64,000 nt of DNA, taken from contig CAYWGP010000245.1 in assembly GCA_964458155.1 (NCBI GenBank), forward strand, positions 2,521 through 66,520. The letters run 5' to 3'. Under the pieces are notes generated by a model that was not told where the DNA came from, searched no databases, and saw only the letters and a program-made list of their open reading frames with translations. The position numbers were made by a program, and so were the translations under genes. Shown in pieces: positions 29,929 to 40,151 of this stretch (position 1 is its first letter; every line of letters starts with the position of its first letter). Origin of the DNA: an uncultured Bacteroides sp. GTDB taxonomy: Bacteria; Bacteroidota; Bacteroidia; Bacteroidales; GCA-2748055.

Positions 29929-30363
29929 CTATTTGGTACCGGTATGTCCGAAACCTCCATCCCCCCGTTCCGATTCTTCCAGGGATTCAACCAGATTCCA
30001 TTGAACGCTTTCTACCTTATTAATCACCATCTGGCAAATGCGTTCCCCGTGTTCTACAATAAATTCTTCACCTGACAGATTCACTAAAATAATCCCGATC
30101 TCGCCCCGGTAGTCTGCGTCTATGGTCCCGGGGGTATTCAGAACAGATATTCCTTTCTTAAAGGCCAGTCCGCTCCTGGGTCTTATCTGGGCCTCATATC
30201 CTTCGGGCAATTCAATATATAATCCCGTGGGGATAAGCTTGCGCTCCATGGGTTTCAGGCTAACAGGCTGCTCAAGGTTCGCCCGAAGATCCATTCCTGC
30301 CGAACTGCTGGTGCTGTAGTCAGGCAATGAATTTTCCGAATTATTTACAATTTTTACTTTCAT
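29929..30363 (-). CDS. dut: dUTP diphosphatase
   Basis: [27 protein letters not shown] and GERICQMV are the five-motif Dut pattern. Confidence 0.93.
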   Translation of the reverse strand: MKVKIVNNSENSLPDYSTSSSAGMDLRANLEQPVSLKPMERKLIPTGLYIELPEGYEAQIRPRSGLAFKKGISVLNTPGTIDADYRGEIGIILVNLSGEEFIVEHGERICQMVINKVESVQWNLVESLEESERGDGGFGHTGTK

Positions 30364-30368
30364 CAGAA

Positions 30369-31841
30369 CTAAGTGCTTTTATATTGATTAAATGTCCTCC
30401 TCTCTCCCAGGTAAACTGTTGCTCCAAAAATAATCAGAAGTAACAGCGCCAATAAATTCCGTGACCCGGGAACATTCTGCAAAAATAACTCATTAGCCAG
30501 ATAAATGAATACGGCAAGAGCTATATATGCCAATACTCGTCCGACCCGGTAGGGTATGGCATAATGCTTTCTCGACCAAAGATAAGATATGATTACCATA
30601 GTACTGTAGCACAACAGATGAGCCCATGCCGATGCCACATAGCCATATCTCGGGATAAACAGCACATTTACGATCACTGTGATCAGGGCCCCCAATAGTA
30701 CCAGAACAGCCCCGAAATAGGTCTTATTGGTCAGTTTATACCATATGGAAAGATTGAAAAATATGCCCATCACCAGATTGGCCATTAATACAATCGGAAC
30801 AATTTGCACCCCTTCCCTGAAATCTGAACCAATAAAAAGAATAAAATAATCCAGGTAAAGATTAACCAGCAGGAATATAAATAGAGCGGCCAGCACAAAA
30901 AACATCATCACATCCGCATAGAGCTTCTGAGCATCTTTTTCTCCTGATTTTGAAAAAAAGAAGGGCTCTGCTGCATATTTAAACATTTGTACAAAGAGGG
31001 TCATTAAGACCGCAAGTTTGTAGTTGGCCCCATAAATTCCCAGCTGTTCCATTGGATTCTGATCCGGGGGTATCATGTACTTCAGCAGTATCCGGTCCAG
31101 TGCTTCATTAACAGTCCCCGCCAATCCGGCAATAAGCAGGGGGTAAGAATACTTTAGAATTACCCTGAACAGAGTCCTGTCAAAAACGGACCGAAAGGCT
31201 GCAAGTATATCCGGAATAAGCAAAAGAAGCTTGAGTGAAGAAGCAATCAGGTTAGAAATCAAGACATATCCAACACCGATATTTTCATTATATAGTAAAG
31301 ACACCAATTCTGAATCGTTATGCCTGGGACAATAGAGCAGGAAAAAGAGGTTCAGGCCAATATTGACAGATACTTCCACTATGCGTATTAAGGCATATTT
31401 AATGGGTTGATTGCGTAGCCGAATCCTGGCAAAAGGAATGGTGCTCAAGGCATCAAGACCAACAATTGCGGCCAGCATTTTAATATATTCCGGATGCTCT
31501 GCATAGCCAATAACAGCGCTGATGGGTTTCGCCCATACAAATACCAGAACAATGAAAAGCATGGAAGTAAAAAACAGAGATCCAAGAACTGTGGTGTATA
31601 CCCGCCCTTTCTGTTCGGAATTACTGGCATAGCGGAAATACCCTGTCTCCATACCATAGGTTAAAATCACCAGGAGAAAAACCACGTAAGCGTAAAGCTC
31701 TGTAATGATACCATAGGTAGCCTTTTCAAAAACTCTTGTGTAGAAGGGGGTTAGCAAGAGGTAGTTGAGCAATCTTGGCAATACAATTCCAAGACCATAT
31801 ACGGCAGTCTGCCCGAATAGTTGTTTAATGGGATTCTTCAA
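30369..31841 (-). CDS. Polysaccharide/oligosaccharide flippase (MOP/Wzx superfamily)
   Basis: 490 aa with about 14 predicted TM helices. The position next to dut is common in Bacteroidetes. Confidence 0.75.
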   Translation of the reverse strand: MKNPIKQLFGQTAVYGLGIVLPRLLNYLLLTPFYTRVFEKATYGIITELYAYVVFLLVILTYGMETGYFRYASNSEQKGRVYTTVLGSLFFTSMLFIVLVFVWAKPISAVIGYAEHPEYIKMLAAIVGLDALSTIPFARIRLRNQPIKYALIRIVEVSVNIGLNLFFLLYCPRHNDSELVSLLYNENIGVGYVLISNLIASSLKLLLLIPDILAAFRSVFDRTLFRVILKYSYPLLIAGLAGTVNEALDRILLKYMIPPDQNPMEQLGIYGANYKLAVLMTLFVQMFKYAAEPFFFSKSGEKDAQKLYADVMMFFVLAALFIFLLVNLYLDYFILFIGSDFREGVQIVPIVLMANLVMGIFFNLSIWYKLTNKTYFGAVLVLLGALITVIVNVLFIPRYGYVASAWAHLLCYSTMVIISYLWSRKHYAIPYRVGRVLAYIALAVFIYLANELFLQNVPGSRNLLALLLLIIFGATVYLGERRTFNQYKST

Positions 31842-31887
31842 GCTATCGGCAAGGTTTCTGCAAAAGTAGCATTATCCGAAGGCCAGA

Positions 31888-34182
31888 TTACTCATTGGTC
31901 GATTTTTTATTAAACAGCAGGTAACCAAAACTCAGCTGGACCAGCCATGGATTATCTGCATTTTCAATGTATCCAAAGTGCAGAGAAAGAGGGCCGGCGA
32001 CCGATATGTAATTCAAGGATGCATGAACCATAAAATTCATGCTTTTAAAATAGCTGCCTAAATAGGCATCGTCATTAGCATCTCTCAGGATTTCCTGGAC
32101 CGGCACATACGCGTAAGTCTCCAGCTTGGCATGAAGCTGCTTGCGAAAATTGTATACCGGCATCAGACCGGCTGCCAGAAATTGATATGCCCTGTAGTTC
32201 TCCATGAAAAGAGTTGTTGTTACCATATTGGGCTGAAATGCCGGAGCCTCAATAATGCTTGAATAATAATTACTCAACAAGGGTTGAAATGTGGCCTGCA
32301 GCATGAAATAATAACCCAGGGAAAAGCGGCTTTTAGTGGGAATATATCCACAATTTTCAAACTGGGCCGAAAACCAGAAGTAATCGGTTTTCTCGTTACT
32401 CTGTTCCTGGGCTGTAGAACCGGGAACATATGACTCCTGCCCATGTCCTCCACGAAGTGAAATAATGCGGCGGGTGCCTTCTGTGGCAAATTGTTTGTTG
32501 TTCAGTGTGTTTCTTTCACTTGCCACATAGAGTGAAAACTTATATATGGTAGAAAGGTCTGAGGTATCAGTGGAAATATAATCCTGGGTCATGTAGTATT
32601 TCTCCCTGTTCCGCCCTATGCCTATTCCGCTTTTAAGAATACCATTGATATGTAATGGAGTACCGACATCAAATCTGAAGTTGACCTCATCCTCTGTGAT
32701 ATAAGATGGTTTCTGGTCCTCAAAAAAGAAATTGGTGTAATACGCATTGTATTTGTAGCCGTTGTAATTGAAACTTCCCTGAAAAAACAGCGGAATCCTG
32801 GCGGGATAATCAAATCTGAAACCCACATTTGCTCCATTGTAAAATCGTCCGAATTGAACACTGCCGTTCAGAAGAGCGCTGACTTCCGATATTTGCCTGT
32901 AACTTAAACCCAGGTAAGTTTGAGCCATTCCGGTGCTTGCAATAAAGAGCCCGAACTTTGCTTCCAGGTCTGCCTGGGGTATTACTCTGAGATTCATTGT
33001 AAAGAGGCTGTCGGCTGGCCTGTATATTGCTCTTGGATAAATATACAACAGGCTTTTGTCGTGGGCCAGTTTAAGGTATTCTCTTTTCATCTCTTCCACA
33101 TCCAGAATGGAATCTGAATGCCTTATAGATCGCTCCACATAATTGCTCTGGTCTTCATTCAGTCCCTCAAATTCAAACTTGTTAAACCGAAGTTCGGGCA
33201 ACTTCTTATTAAATACCTCTCTTCTTCGGGCTAATGCAGCAGTATCCTCTCCTGTGCGGCCAATCAGCAATTTAATGCTATCCATTTTAGCAATGGTTGT
33301 AAGATAGCCAAGCTCCACAAATTCATCCAGTTTATCAAAAGCGAGTAAGGATTCCTTCTTAAAATCCATATCCAGGAGGATACCCTTTTCCCTGTCAATT
33401 TCGTAGTTGGAGGGCTTCATTACTATATTCTCGATCTGTGCCAGAATATCAAATTCATCCGGAGGGGTGTTTCCCCGGGCTGCCTTACTCCCAATGATCA
33501 CATCGGGATTAAATTGCTCCATGACATGTTGCACGGGGAAATTATTGTATATGCCACCATCGTACATGATATTTCCATCCATAACAATGGGGCGAAAATA
33601 CAGTGGTACAGTCATAGAGGCTCTGACCGCCTGGGCCAGATCTCCCTTTCTAAACACAACTTCCTGGCTATTGCTTATATCAACAGCATTGCATAAAAAA
33701 GGAACAAACAGGCTGTCAAAATCGTAACCGGCTGCCGCGCTCGCCCTGGTGAAAATCTCCAAAAACGCAAAATCCATAAGTGAACTTGGGATTACACTAA
33801 GGGGGAGCATTGTTTTGGGCACTGTATCATTTATATCAATCCTGATATTGAAAATGTCAGGTTCAGGTTCTTCGGATTTGAAGAAGTATTTATACTCTTC
33901 CTGCAGTTCACCGCTAATCCAGTACCTGAACTCTTCCGAGCGGATAATATCCATTATCTCATCGGTACTAAGGCCCATGGCATAACAGGCTCCAACAATA
34001 GCGCCCATGGAGGTGCCGCCAATATAATCGATGGGTATTCTGTTTTCTTCCAGGGCCTTGATCACCCCGATATGTGCCAATCCTTTGGATCCTCCGCCAC
34101 TTAATACAAGTCCCACAGACTGTCCGGCAGCCCCAAATGACTGGATAGCAATTATTCCAAGTATGAAATACTTTTTCAACAT
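31888..34182 (-). CDS. Patatin-like phospholipase fused to an Omp85/BamA-type beta-barrel
   Basis: Signal peptide; oxyanion motif GGGSKG; nucleophile GTSMGA (GxSxG); catalytic Asp in YDGGIYNNFP. The C-terminal ~350 aa is rich in alternating aromatic beta-strands. Confidence 0.85.
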   Translation of the reverse strand: MLKKYFILGIIAIQSFGAAGQSVGLVLSGGGSKGLAHIGVIKALEENRIPIDYIGGTSMGAIVGACYAMGLSTDEIMDIIRSEEFRYWISGELQEEYKYFFKSEEPEPDIFNIRIDINDTVPKTMLPLSVIPSSLMDFAFLEIFTRASAAAGYDFDSLFVPFLCNAVDISNSQEVVFRKGDLAQAVRASMTVPLYFRPIVMDGNIMYDGGIYNNFPVQHVMEQFNPDVIIGSKAARGNTPPDEFDILAQIENIVMKPSNYEIDREKGILLDMDFKKESLLAFDKLDEFVELGYLTTIAKMDSIKLLIGRTGEDTAALARRREVFNKKLPELRFNKFEFEGLNEDQSNYVERSIRHSDSILDVEEMKREYLKLAHDKSLLYIYPRAIYRPADSLFTMNLRVIPQADLEAKFGLFIASTGMAQTYLGLSYRQISEVSALLNGSVQFGRFYNGANVGFRFDYPARIPLFFQGSFNYNGYKYNAYYTNFFFEDQKPSYITEDEVNFRFDVGTPLHINGILKSGIGIGRNREKYYMTQDYISTDTSDLSTIYKFSLYVASERNTLNNKQFATEGTRRIISLRGGHGQESYVPGSTAQEQSNEKTDYFWFSAQFENCGYIPTKSRFSLGYYFMLQATFQPLLSNYYSSIIEAPAFQPNMVTTTLFMENYRAYQFLAAGLMPVYNFRKQLHAKLETYAYVPVQEILRDANDDAYLGSYFKSMNFMVHASLNYISVAGPLSLHFGYIENADNPWLVQLSFGYLLFNKKSTNE

Positions 34183-34188
34183 TCGTTC

Positions 34189-34196
34189 TATCTTTG
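34189..34196 (+). promoter_or_regulatory. Candidate -7 box TAnnTTTG for the cyclophilin gene
   Basis: TATCTTTG lies 33 nt upstream of the ATG at 34229. Confidence 0.4.
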
Positions 34197-34228
34197 CAGG
34201 GCTATTCTATATTAAAAATACATTAATT

Positions 34229-34909
34229 ATGTTGAAGAAATATTTGTTCGCACCGAATGTATACCTGGCGCTCACATTCGTCCTTCTATCCGCTTTCGTA
34301 GCGGCACAGGATGCGAAAAGTGAGCATCTCATAAAGATTGAAACATCTAAGGGCAATATGATCATTAAACTTTATAATGAAACTCCCGCTCACCGCGATA
34401 ACATGATCAAGCTGATTAATGAAGGATTTTATAAGGACCAGCTTTTTCACAGAGTCATTAAAGATTTCATGATACAGGGAGGTGATCCTCATTCAACGGG
34501 TGCAGAAAAAGGTCAGCGTCTGGGAACGGGCGGACCCGCCTATACTGTCCCTGCTGAATTCAATGATAACCTTATTCATAAAAAGGGAGCTCTCGCAGCT
34601 GCCAGAAAAGGAGATGCCGCAAATCCTGAACAAGCATCCAGTGCTTCTCAGTTCTACCTGGTGCAGGGAAGGGTTTTGACACCAGAAGAGCTTGATATTC
34701 TGACACAAAGGGGTGTGGCCAGCTTTACCGAAGAGAGTGCTGAAATTTACACAAGCCTGGGGGGTACGCCCCACCTTGATGGGGCTTATACGGTTTTTGG
34801 CGAAGTCATAGAAGGTCTGGAGATAATAGATATAATTGCCTCGGTGCCATGTGATGCCTATAACCGCCCCCTGGAAGATGTAATCTATTCTATTTCCATC
34901 ATCAAGTAA
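34229..34909 (+). CDS. Peptidyl-prolyl cis-trans isomerase, cyclophilin type, secreted
   Basis: Signal peptide MLKKYLFAPNVYLALTFVLLSAFVAAQ; FHRVIKDFMIQGGDP; SQFYLV; TVFGEVIEGLE. Confidence 0.9.
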   Translation: MLKKYLFAPNVYLALTFVLLSAFVAAQDAKSEHLIKIETSKGNMIIKLYNETPAHRDNMIKLINEGFYKDQLFHRVIKDFMIQGGDPHSTGAEKGQRLGTGGPAYTVPAEFNDNLIHKKGALAAARKGDAANPEQASSASQFYLVQGRVLTPEELDILTQRGVASFTEESAEIYTSLGGTPHLDGAYTVFGEVIEGLEIIDIIASVPCDAYNRPLEDVIYSISIIK

Positions 34910-34949
34910 GTTTGTTTTTTATACTTTTGTATCTCTAATTCAAACAGAT

Positions 34950-35969
34950 ATGCTGAATACGATTGATAAGATCCTTGAAGACGCCAGGCAATTCAAAGCT
35001 GATTCAAAGGAGGAAATTGAACAGTTCCGGATCAAATATCTGGGCAAAAAGGGGGTCCTTACCGAGTTGTTCCAGCGCTTTAAGGATGTTCCTTCTGAAG
35101 AGAAGAGAGAGCTGGGACAAAAGATCAATCAGCTTAAGCAGTTTATATCTGAAAAAATAGAAAGTTTACTTTCTGAAATTTCTGATGAGTCCGGTCAGGA
35201 CGAGAGCCGTGATCTGACTCTGCCCGGCCCTCCTTTCGTCGCCGGCGCCAGACATCCTATATCCATTGTACGAAATGAAATTATTTCCATTTTCGGACGC
35301 CTTGGATATACGATTTCAGAGGGTCCTGAAATTGAAGATGACTGGCATGTGTTTTCTTCCCTTAACTTCCCTCCTGAACATCCCGCCCGCGATATGCAGG
35401 ATACTTTCTTTATTGAAAAAGATCCTGATATCCTGCTTCGTACACATACCTCCTCAGTGCAGGTAAGGGTTATGGAGACAGAATCCCTGCCCATACGTAC
35501 CATTTCTCCAGGCAGGGTATTCAGAAATGAAGCTATTTCTGCCAGGGCACACTGCATATTTCACCAGGTTGAAGGGCTTTATATCGATGAGGATGTTTCC
35601 TTTGCCGATCTGAAACAAACCCTGCTATATTTTGCCCGTGAAATGTTTGGAAAGCACGTGGAGATCAGGCTTCGCCCTTCTTATTTCCCTTTCACTGAAC
35701 CATCGGCCGAAATGGACATATCCTGTCAGATCTGTGGTGGTTTAGGTTGCAATGTATGCAAGTATACCGGTTGGTTGGAAATCCTTGGATGTGGGATGGT
35801 TGATCCCAATGTCCTGGAATTCAACGGAATTGATTCTAAAAAATACACCGGGTTTGCCTTTGGGATGGGTATTGAGCGGGTTGCCATGCTCAAATACCAG
35901 GTCAAGGATCTGAGGTTGTACTTTGAAAATGATCTTCGTTTTCTGGAGCAATTCAAAGCGGCGTATTAA
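34950..35969 (+). CDS. pheS: Phenylalanine--tRNA ligase alpha subunit
   Basis: HPARDMQDTFF, the class II motifs (FRNEAISARAHCIFHQVEG; GFAFGMGIERVAML), and a length of 339 aa. Confidence 0.96.
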   Translation: MLNTIDKILEDARQFKADSKEEIEQFRIKYLGKKGVLTELFQRFKDVPSEEKRELGQKINQLKQFISEKIESLLSEISDESGQDESRDLTLPGPPFVAGARHPISIVRNEIISIFGRLGYTISEGPEIEDDWHVFSSLNFPPEHPARDMQDTFFIEKDPDILLRTHTSSVQVRVMETESLPIRTISPGRVFRNEAISARAHCIFHQVEGLYIDEDVSFADLKQTLLYFAREMFGKHVEIRLRPSYFPFTEPSAEMDISCQICGGLGCNVCKYTGWLEILGCGMVDPNVLEFNGIDSKKYTGFAFGMGIERVAMLKYQVKDLRLYFENDLRFLEQFKAAY

Positions 35970-36095
35970 TACGCTATATTTTAGCGGGGCATTTTATCGT
36001 GAAGTGCTTATTTGGCAAAGCCAAACAACCGAGCCTGCGAGCTCAGCGTAGCCAATCCCGGTTCACTCTAAAAACGTCCTGTTTAAATATATAGC

Positions 36096-36530
36096 TTAAT
36101 TCTTCTCTATGATTATTTCGTAGGAGATGGGAAAGGCCTTGCTGTAGTTGGCTGAAACACCACAATACCTGGTATTGGACAGGTTTACGGCTTTTTCAAC
36201 TAATTCCCGGTTGATTTTTTTTCCCTTCAGCCGATAGATAATTTTCATCTCATCAAATCTCTTGGGGTGGTCCTCTGTAACATTCCCTTCCACATCCACA
36301 GCGAATTCTTCATACTCCACTCTCATCTTTTTCAGAATTGCAGCCACATCCATACCGGTACAACCGGCCAGCGCAACCATCATCAGCGGTTTTGGCCTGG
36401 GTCCCGTATTCTTTCCCCCGTGTTCCATGGAAGAATCCATATAAATCTTATGTCCGTCTACTTCTGCTTCAAAAGCAAGGTCATTAAGCCATTTAGTTGC
36501 AATAGTTTCCTTCATGGTTCTGTTTTTCAA
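36096..36530 (-). CDS. OsmC/Ohr family peroxiredoxin-like protein
   Basis: About 140 aa with GPRPKPLMMVALAGCTGMDV and a second Cys in NTRYCGVS, the OsmC two-Cys pattern. Confidence 0.85.
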   Translation of the reverse strand: MKNRTMKETIATKWLNDLAFEAEVDGHKIYMDSSMEHGGKNTGPRPKPLMMVALAGCTGMDVAAILKKMRVEYEEFAVDVEGNVTEDHPKRFDEMKIIYRLKGKKINRELVEKAVNLSNTRYCGVSANYSKAFPISYEIIIEKN

Positions 36531-36542
36531 TGGTTATTTCGT

Positions 36543-36550
36543 TATTTTTG
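36543..36550 (+). promoter_or_regulatory. Candidate -7 box TAnnTTTG for the Crp/Fnr regulator gene
   Basis: TATTTTTG lies 20 nt upstream of the ATG at 36570, inside a divergent spacer of only 39 bp. Confidence 0.35.
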
Positions 36551-36569
36551 ATTCTTACAATTTATAACA

Positions 36570-37271
36570 ATGCATGACGATCATTTTGATTTAAGCTGTG
36601 CTTCCTGCACCAACCGGACACATCCTCTGTTTCGTCACCTGGAGGAAAATGAACTGCAGGAGATTATATTCAACAAGATAACAGAAACTTATAAAAGAGG
36701 TTCAATCGTTTACCAGGAAGGGAACCGCATGAAAGGTTTTTATTGCGTCCAGTCCGGTATTATAAAAATATATCAAACCGGATTTGATGGGAAAGAACAG
36801 ATCGTCCGCTTTGCAAAACCGGGCGATATTATTGGATACCGCTCAGTAGTAAGCAATGAACCTGCTTGCACCACCACGGAGGTATTGGAAGAGTCTGTGC
36901 TCTGCCATATCCCAACTGAAATCCTGCTGAATCTTGTAAAAACCAATGGCAACTTTGCCGTGGAATTAATGAAGTTAACCTGCAAAGAACTGGGTGAAGC
37001 TAATTCCTACATTACAGATATCGCCCAAAAGACTGTTAAGGAAAGACTGGCTGAAATTTTGTTGCATCTGGACGATGAATTCGGGGAAGATTCTCAGGGA
37101 GTGCTGAATATATCCCTGACCCGTGAAGAGCTTTCAAATATTGTTGGTACAGCAACAGAATCTATTATAAGATTACTTTCGGAATTTAAATCCCATGGGC
37201 AAATTGAAATAAATGGGAGGAAAATAAAAATCCTGGACAAGCCAGGATTGAAGTACATAGCAAATATCTAA
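36570..37271 (+). CDS. Crp/Fnr family transcriptional regulator
   Basis: cNMP-binding-like beta-roll (GSIVYQEGNRMKGFYCVQSGIIKIY…GKEQIVRFAKPGDIIGY) and a C-terminal HTH (LTREELSNIVGTATESIIRLLSEF). An N-terminal C10-x2-C13 pair is present. Confidence 0.88.
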   Translation: MHDDHFDLSCASCTNRTHPLFRHLEENELQEIIFNKITETYKRGSIVYQEGNRMKGFYCVQSGIIKIYQTGFDGKEQIVRFAKPGDIIGYRSVVSNEPACTTTEVLEESVLCHIPTEILLNLVKTNGNFAVELMKLTCKELGEANSYITDIAQKTVKERLAEILLHLDDEFGEDSQGVLNISLTREELSNIVGTATESIIRLLSEFKSHGQIEINGRKIKILDKPGLKYIANI

Positions 37272-37278
37272 GCCTGTA

Positions 37279-37452
37279 TCAATCAACCATTTTGTTGATG
37301 ACAATATGGCCAATCAGGCCCACGACGATTAAAACAAGACTAAGGGCAAGGTTTGCATTTGTTTGTGATCCGCTAAAAACCACAACTCCCAGAATAATTA
37401 CGCCTATCAGTATTACCAGAAGGCCCGCATTCTTCAATAAAGTATTTAACAT
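37279..37452 (-). CDS. Small (57-aa) two-helix membrane protein, below the ORF-track cutoff
   Basis: My own translation is MLNTLLKNAGLLVILIGVIILGVVVFSGSQTNANLALSLVLIVVGLIGHIVINKMVD*. Two clear hydrophobic helices fill an otherwise empty 266-bp gap. Confidence 0.4.
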   Translation of the reverse strand: MLNTLLKNAGLLVILIGVIILGVVVFSGSQTNANLALSLVLIVVGLIGHIVINKMVD

Positions 37453-37520
37453 AAGTGCGTCTGTTTGAATCTTCCCGCAGCCCGCTGCGTGAAATCATCG
37501 ATTTGTAATTCAATTCCTCA

Positions 37521-37528
37521 CAAATATA
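37521..37528 (-). promoter_or_regulatory. Candidate -7 box (TAnnTTTG on the minus strand) upstream of the small membrane-protein ORF
   Basis: The plus strand reads CAAATATA, which is TATATTTG on the minus strand, 69 nt upstream of the ATG at 37452. Confidence 0.25.
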
Positions 37529-37537
37529 TACAAAATA

Positions 37538-38557
37538 TCAAAATAAAAAGTTTTGATTATCTCTATATTTCCCCAAGTGTTCATAAGCAATCTTGGTAAC
37601 CTCCCTTCCCCTTGGGGTTCGCTTAATATAGCCTTCTTTGATTAAGAAGGGTTCATACACTTCTTCAATGGTCCCTGCTTCTTCTCCAACGGCTGTAGCG
37701 ATGGTATTTAATCCGACCGGACCCCCCTGGAACTTATCTATAATGGTATTAAGAATTTTATTATCCATCTCATCAAGACCCGAGCGGTCTATATTCAGGG
37801 CATCCAGACCATATCTTGTGATTTCCATATCAATAATACCGCTTCCTTTTACCTGGGCAAAATCTCTTATTCTCCTTAACAAAGCATTGGCAATCCGGGG
37901 TGTCCCCCTGCTTCTTGAAGCTATTTCAAAGGCTGCATCATCTTTTATTTCCACTTTTAAAATTCCCGATGACCTTTTTACAATGCCGGTTAGTATATCT
38001 GTGTCATAGTATTCCAGCAGGGAATTAATTCCAAAACGTGCCCGAAGCGGTCCGGTAAGCAATCCCGACCTGGTGGTGGCACCGATTAATGTAAAAGGCT
38101 GAAGAGTTAGCTGAACCGAACGTGCAGCCGGACCCTTATCAATCATTATATCAATGCAATAGTCCTCCATGGCAGAGTACAGGTACTCTTCAACAATGGG
38201 TGACAAACGGTGTATCTCATCAATAAACAATACATCTCCTTCCTCAAGCCCGGTTAAAAGGCCGGCCAGATCTCCCGGTTTATCAAGAACCGGCCCGGAG
38301 GTTATTTTTATGCCCACCTCCATTTCGTTGGCAATAATATGAGCCAGGGTGGTTTTTCCCAATCCCGGGGGGCCGTGCAACAGCACATGGTCCAGGGCTT
38401 CATCCCGTAAACGGGCTGCTTCAACAAAGATTTTCAAATTCTTTACTATCTTCTCCTGCCCGTCAAAATCCGCAAATTCAGCCGGCCTTAGGCGGGATTC
38501 GACCTCTAACTCGTTGTCGGATAAATTTTCATCTCTGAAATCAAAATCTTCAACCAT
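37538..38557 (-). CDS. ruvB: Holliday junction branch migration helicase RuvB
   Basis: [12 protein letters not shown], Walker [10 protein letters not shown], Walker [10 protein letters not shown], and sensor/arginine-finger regions colinear with RuvB. Confidence 0.97.
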   Translation of the reverse strand: MVEDFDFRDENLSDNELEVESRLRPAEFADFDGQEKIVKNLKIFVEAARLRDEALDHVLLHGPPGLGKTTLAHIIANEMEVGIKITSGPVLDKPGDLAGLLTGLEEGDVLFIDEIHRLSPIVEEYLYSAMEDYCIDIMIDKGPAARSVQLTLQPFTLIGATTRSGLLTGPLRARFGINSLLEYYDTDILTGIVKRSSGILKVEIKDDAAFEIASRSRGTPRIANALLRRIRDFAQVKGSGIIDMEITRYGLDALNIDRSGLDEMDNKILNTIIDKFQGGPVGLNTIATAVGEEAGTIEEVYEPFLIKEGYIKRTPRGREVTKIAYEHLGKYRDNQNFLF

Positions 38558-38564
38558 ACAATTA

Positions 38565-40142
38565 TCAACGAATTAATTGAATATCACTATCAGGAAGATC
38601 CATTTTTACACCATTTATCCGCAGTTCCCGGTTGTTTTTATAAGTAATTGTCATAACAAGATTCCCCTCCGTATCATATTTTTTCCAATTCTTTTCCCGG
38701 ATACCCATTTCGTAATATTGCTCCTCCTTGATAGATCCGTCGGGATAGTAATACTTGTGCCTTTTATCAGGGTTGCCCTGTGAGTAGTTGCCCTCGTATT
38801 TGAGGCTTCCGTCGGGATAGAAAGATCTCCAGGTGCCCTCCCGCAGGCCGATCACAAAACTACCTCTTTCCTTATGATCTCCAACATGGTAAATCCATTC
38901 CCCCTCTTTCTCTCCTCCGATATAATCCCCTTTGGTAAGAATATTACCGGCAGGATCATATTCCACAAACATCCCGTCTTCTCTTCCATTAAAATAACTC
39001 TCTTCTCTCCACAGGTTTCCATTTGGATAATACCAGTTCCAAATGCCCATGATCCTGCCTCTGTCAAATCTTCCCTTCTGTTCAACACCCCCATTGCTTA
39101 AATAGTAGGTCCAGCTACCCGATTTCTGATTATTCTCATACGTGCCTTTTGCGCGAACCTCCCCGGTGGAGTAAAAATCGGTCCAGGGACCCTTACGCAT
39201 TCCCTGTGCATCAATGATGCCTTCCGAAACTTTCTGTCCCAGTTCATTATAGAGATAAGCATTTTCTACTACCCCGGCCGTATCGAAAAATCGGTGAATT
39301 CCCACGGGTATTCCTTCCTTATATCCTCCTGTAAAGATGAGTCTGCCCTCCTGGTCAAAGGTGCTTTTCATATCCAGCAGCTCCTTCATGTCCTCATCAA
39401 TTTCTTCCATGACTTTTCCGCGTTCATAGCGAAGGGCCATAATTAAGTCTCCTCTTCCATCAAATTCCCTGTAATAGCCATGAAGCTGATTATCCAGGTA
39501 ATTCTCTTCTACTTTTACTCTTCCATTAGAATAATACTCTCTGAAAGTGCCCTGTTTATTCCCCTCTATATCAGTTCTGTTCACACGCTCCCTGTTTATG
39601 ACGTAGTTGTCTTTGTACTGGACCACTGTAATCAATGTACTATCCTTAGAAAATTCTCTAGATAAACCCTGCTTTTTTCCGTCCTTATAATACACTATCA
39701 ACTTTAATTCCCCGGTGAGATGGTAATACATGGAATTTCCCTCTTTCTTTCCATTCACATATAACTCACTGGAAATCAGTGTAGCCTGCCCGGGATTCTG
39801 GGGATTGTCAAATATATACTTATTGGAATACCCGCTTCTTTCTCCAATCTTATAAGAGATCTGCTCGCTGAGTTCGCCCGCCTGGTTATAAAAATTCCAG
39901 ATACTGTCCAGGAGAAAATTAGTTCGTTTCCCCTCCGATTTTACCACACCGGTAACATAATAGGTTCTCCAGTACCCGTCAGGCTTTCCATCGCGCATCA
40001 TTCCTTCACTGGATACCTGTTGGTTGGGATAAGAAAATTGAACAAAGCCATTAACTATTTCTTCTTCCTGACCAGATACCTGCGCATGCCACAATCCCAG
40101 AACGAGGGCCGGCAGCATGTATTGAAAAAGCCTTTTTAACAT
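38565..40142 (-). CDS. Secreted MORN-variant (YwqK-type) repeat protein
   Basis: A signal peptide followed by about 20 copies of a G-x-W-x-x-Y/F-Y-x-x-G-x-hydrophobic-x-x-E repeat (e.g. [34 protein letters not shown]). Confidence 0.8.
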   Translation of the reverse strand: MLKRLFQYMLPALVLGLWHAQVSGQEEEIVNGFVQFSYPNQQVSSEGMMRDGKPDGYWRTYYVTGVVKSEGKRTNFLLDSIWNFYNQAGELSEQISYKIGERSGYSNKYIFDNPQNPGQATLISSELYVNGKKEGNSMYYHLTGELKLIVYYKDGKKQGLSREFSKDSTLITVVQYKDNYVINRERVNRTDIEGNKQGTFREYYSNGRVKVEENYLDNQLHGYYREFDGRGDLIMALRYERGKVMEEIDEDMKELLDMKSTFDQEGRLIFTGGYKEGIPVGIHRFFDTAGVVENAYLYNELGQKVSEGIIDAQGMRKGPWTDFYSTGEVRAKGTYENNQKSGSWTYYLSNGGVEQKGRFDRGRIMGIWNWYYPNGNLWREESYFNGREDGMFVEYDPAGNILTKGDYIGGEKEGEWIYHVGDHKERGSFVIGLREGTWRSFYPDGSLKYEGNYSQGNPDKRHKYYYPDGSIKEEQYYEMGIREKNWKKYDTEGNLVMTITYKNNRELRINGVKMDLPDSDIQLIR

Positions 40143-40151
40143 GAAGGTAAT

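Noticed and set aside
31888-34182. The patatin phospholipase as a CBASS-type or other abortive-infection effector
   Set aside because: It has a signal peptide and a C-terminal Omp85-like barrel, and there is no cyclase or sensor gene nearby. This architecture points to an outer-membrane (type Vd-like) lipase, not a cytoplasmic defence effector.
34031-34228. Long N-terminal extensions offered by the ORF track: 34031 for the cyclophilin, 9485 for the small OMP, 29990 for the TPR protein, 28279 for DUF4292, 10405 for dnaG, 5282 for the FadL-like OMP, and 62356 for Omp85
   Set aside because: In each case an internal ATG immediately precedes a proper signal peptide or the conserved N-terminus. 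The extension overlaps the neighbouring gene or promoter box, so I used the shorter coordinates.
35970-36095. The 126-bp convergent spacer after pheS, examined for a small RNA or terminator (short hairpin TTTGGC-AAA-GCCAAA, GAGCTC palindrome, AACCG…CGGTT pairing)
   Set aside because: Only short, weak stems without a flanking U-run, and no recognisable RNA-family signature. This is not enough to call a feature.
38565-40142. The MORN/YwqK-type repeat protein as a toxin-antitoxin component (the family is often auto-annotated as YwqK antitoxin)
   Set aside because: It is 525 aa with a signal peptide, there is no adjacent toxin gene, and it sits inside a housekeeping gene run. The antitoxin label would be an annotation carry-over.
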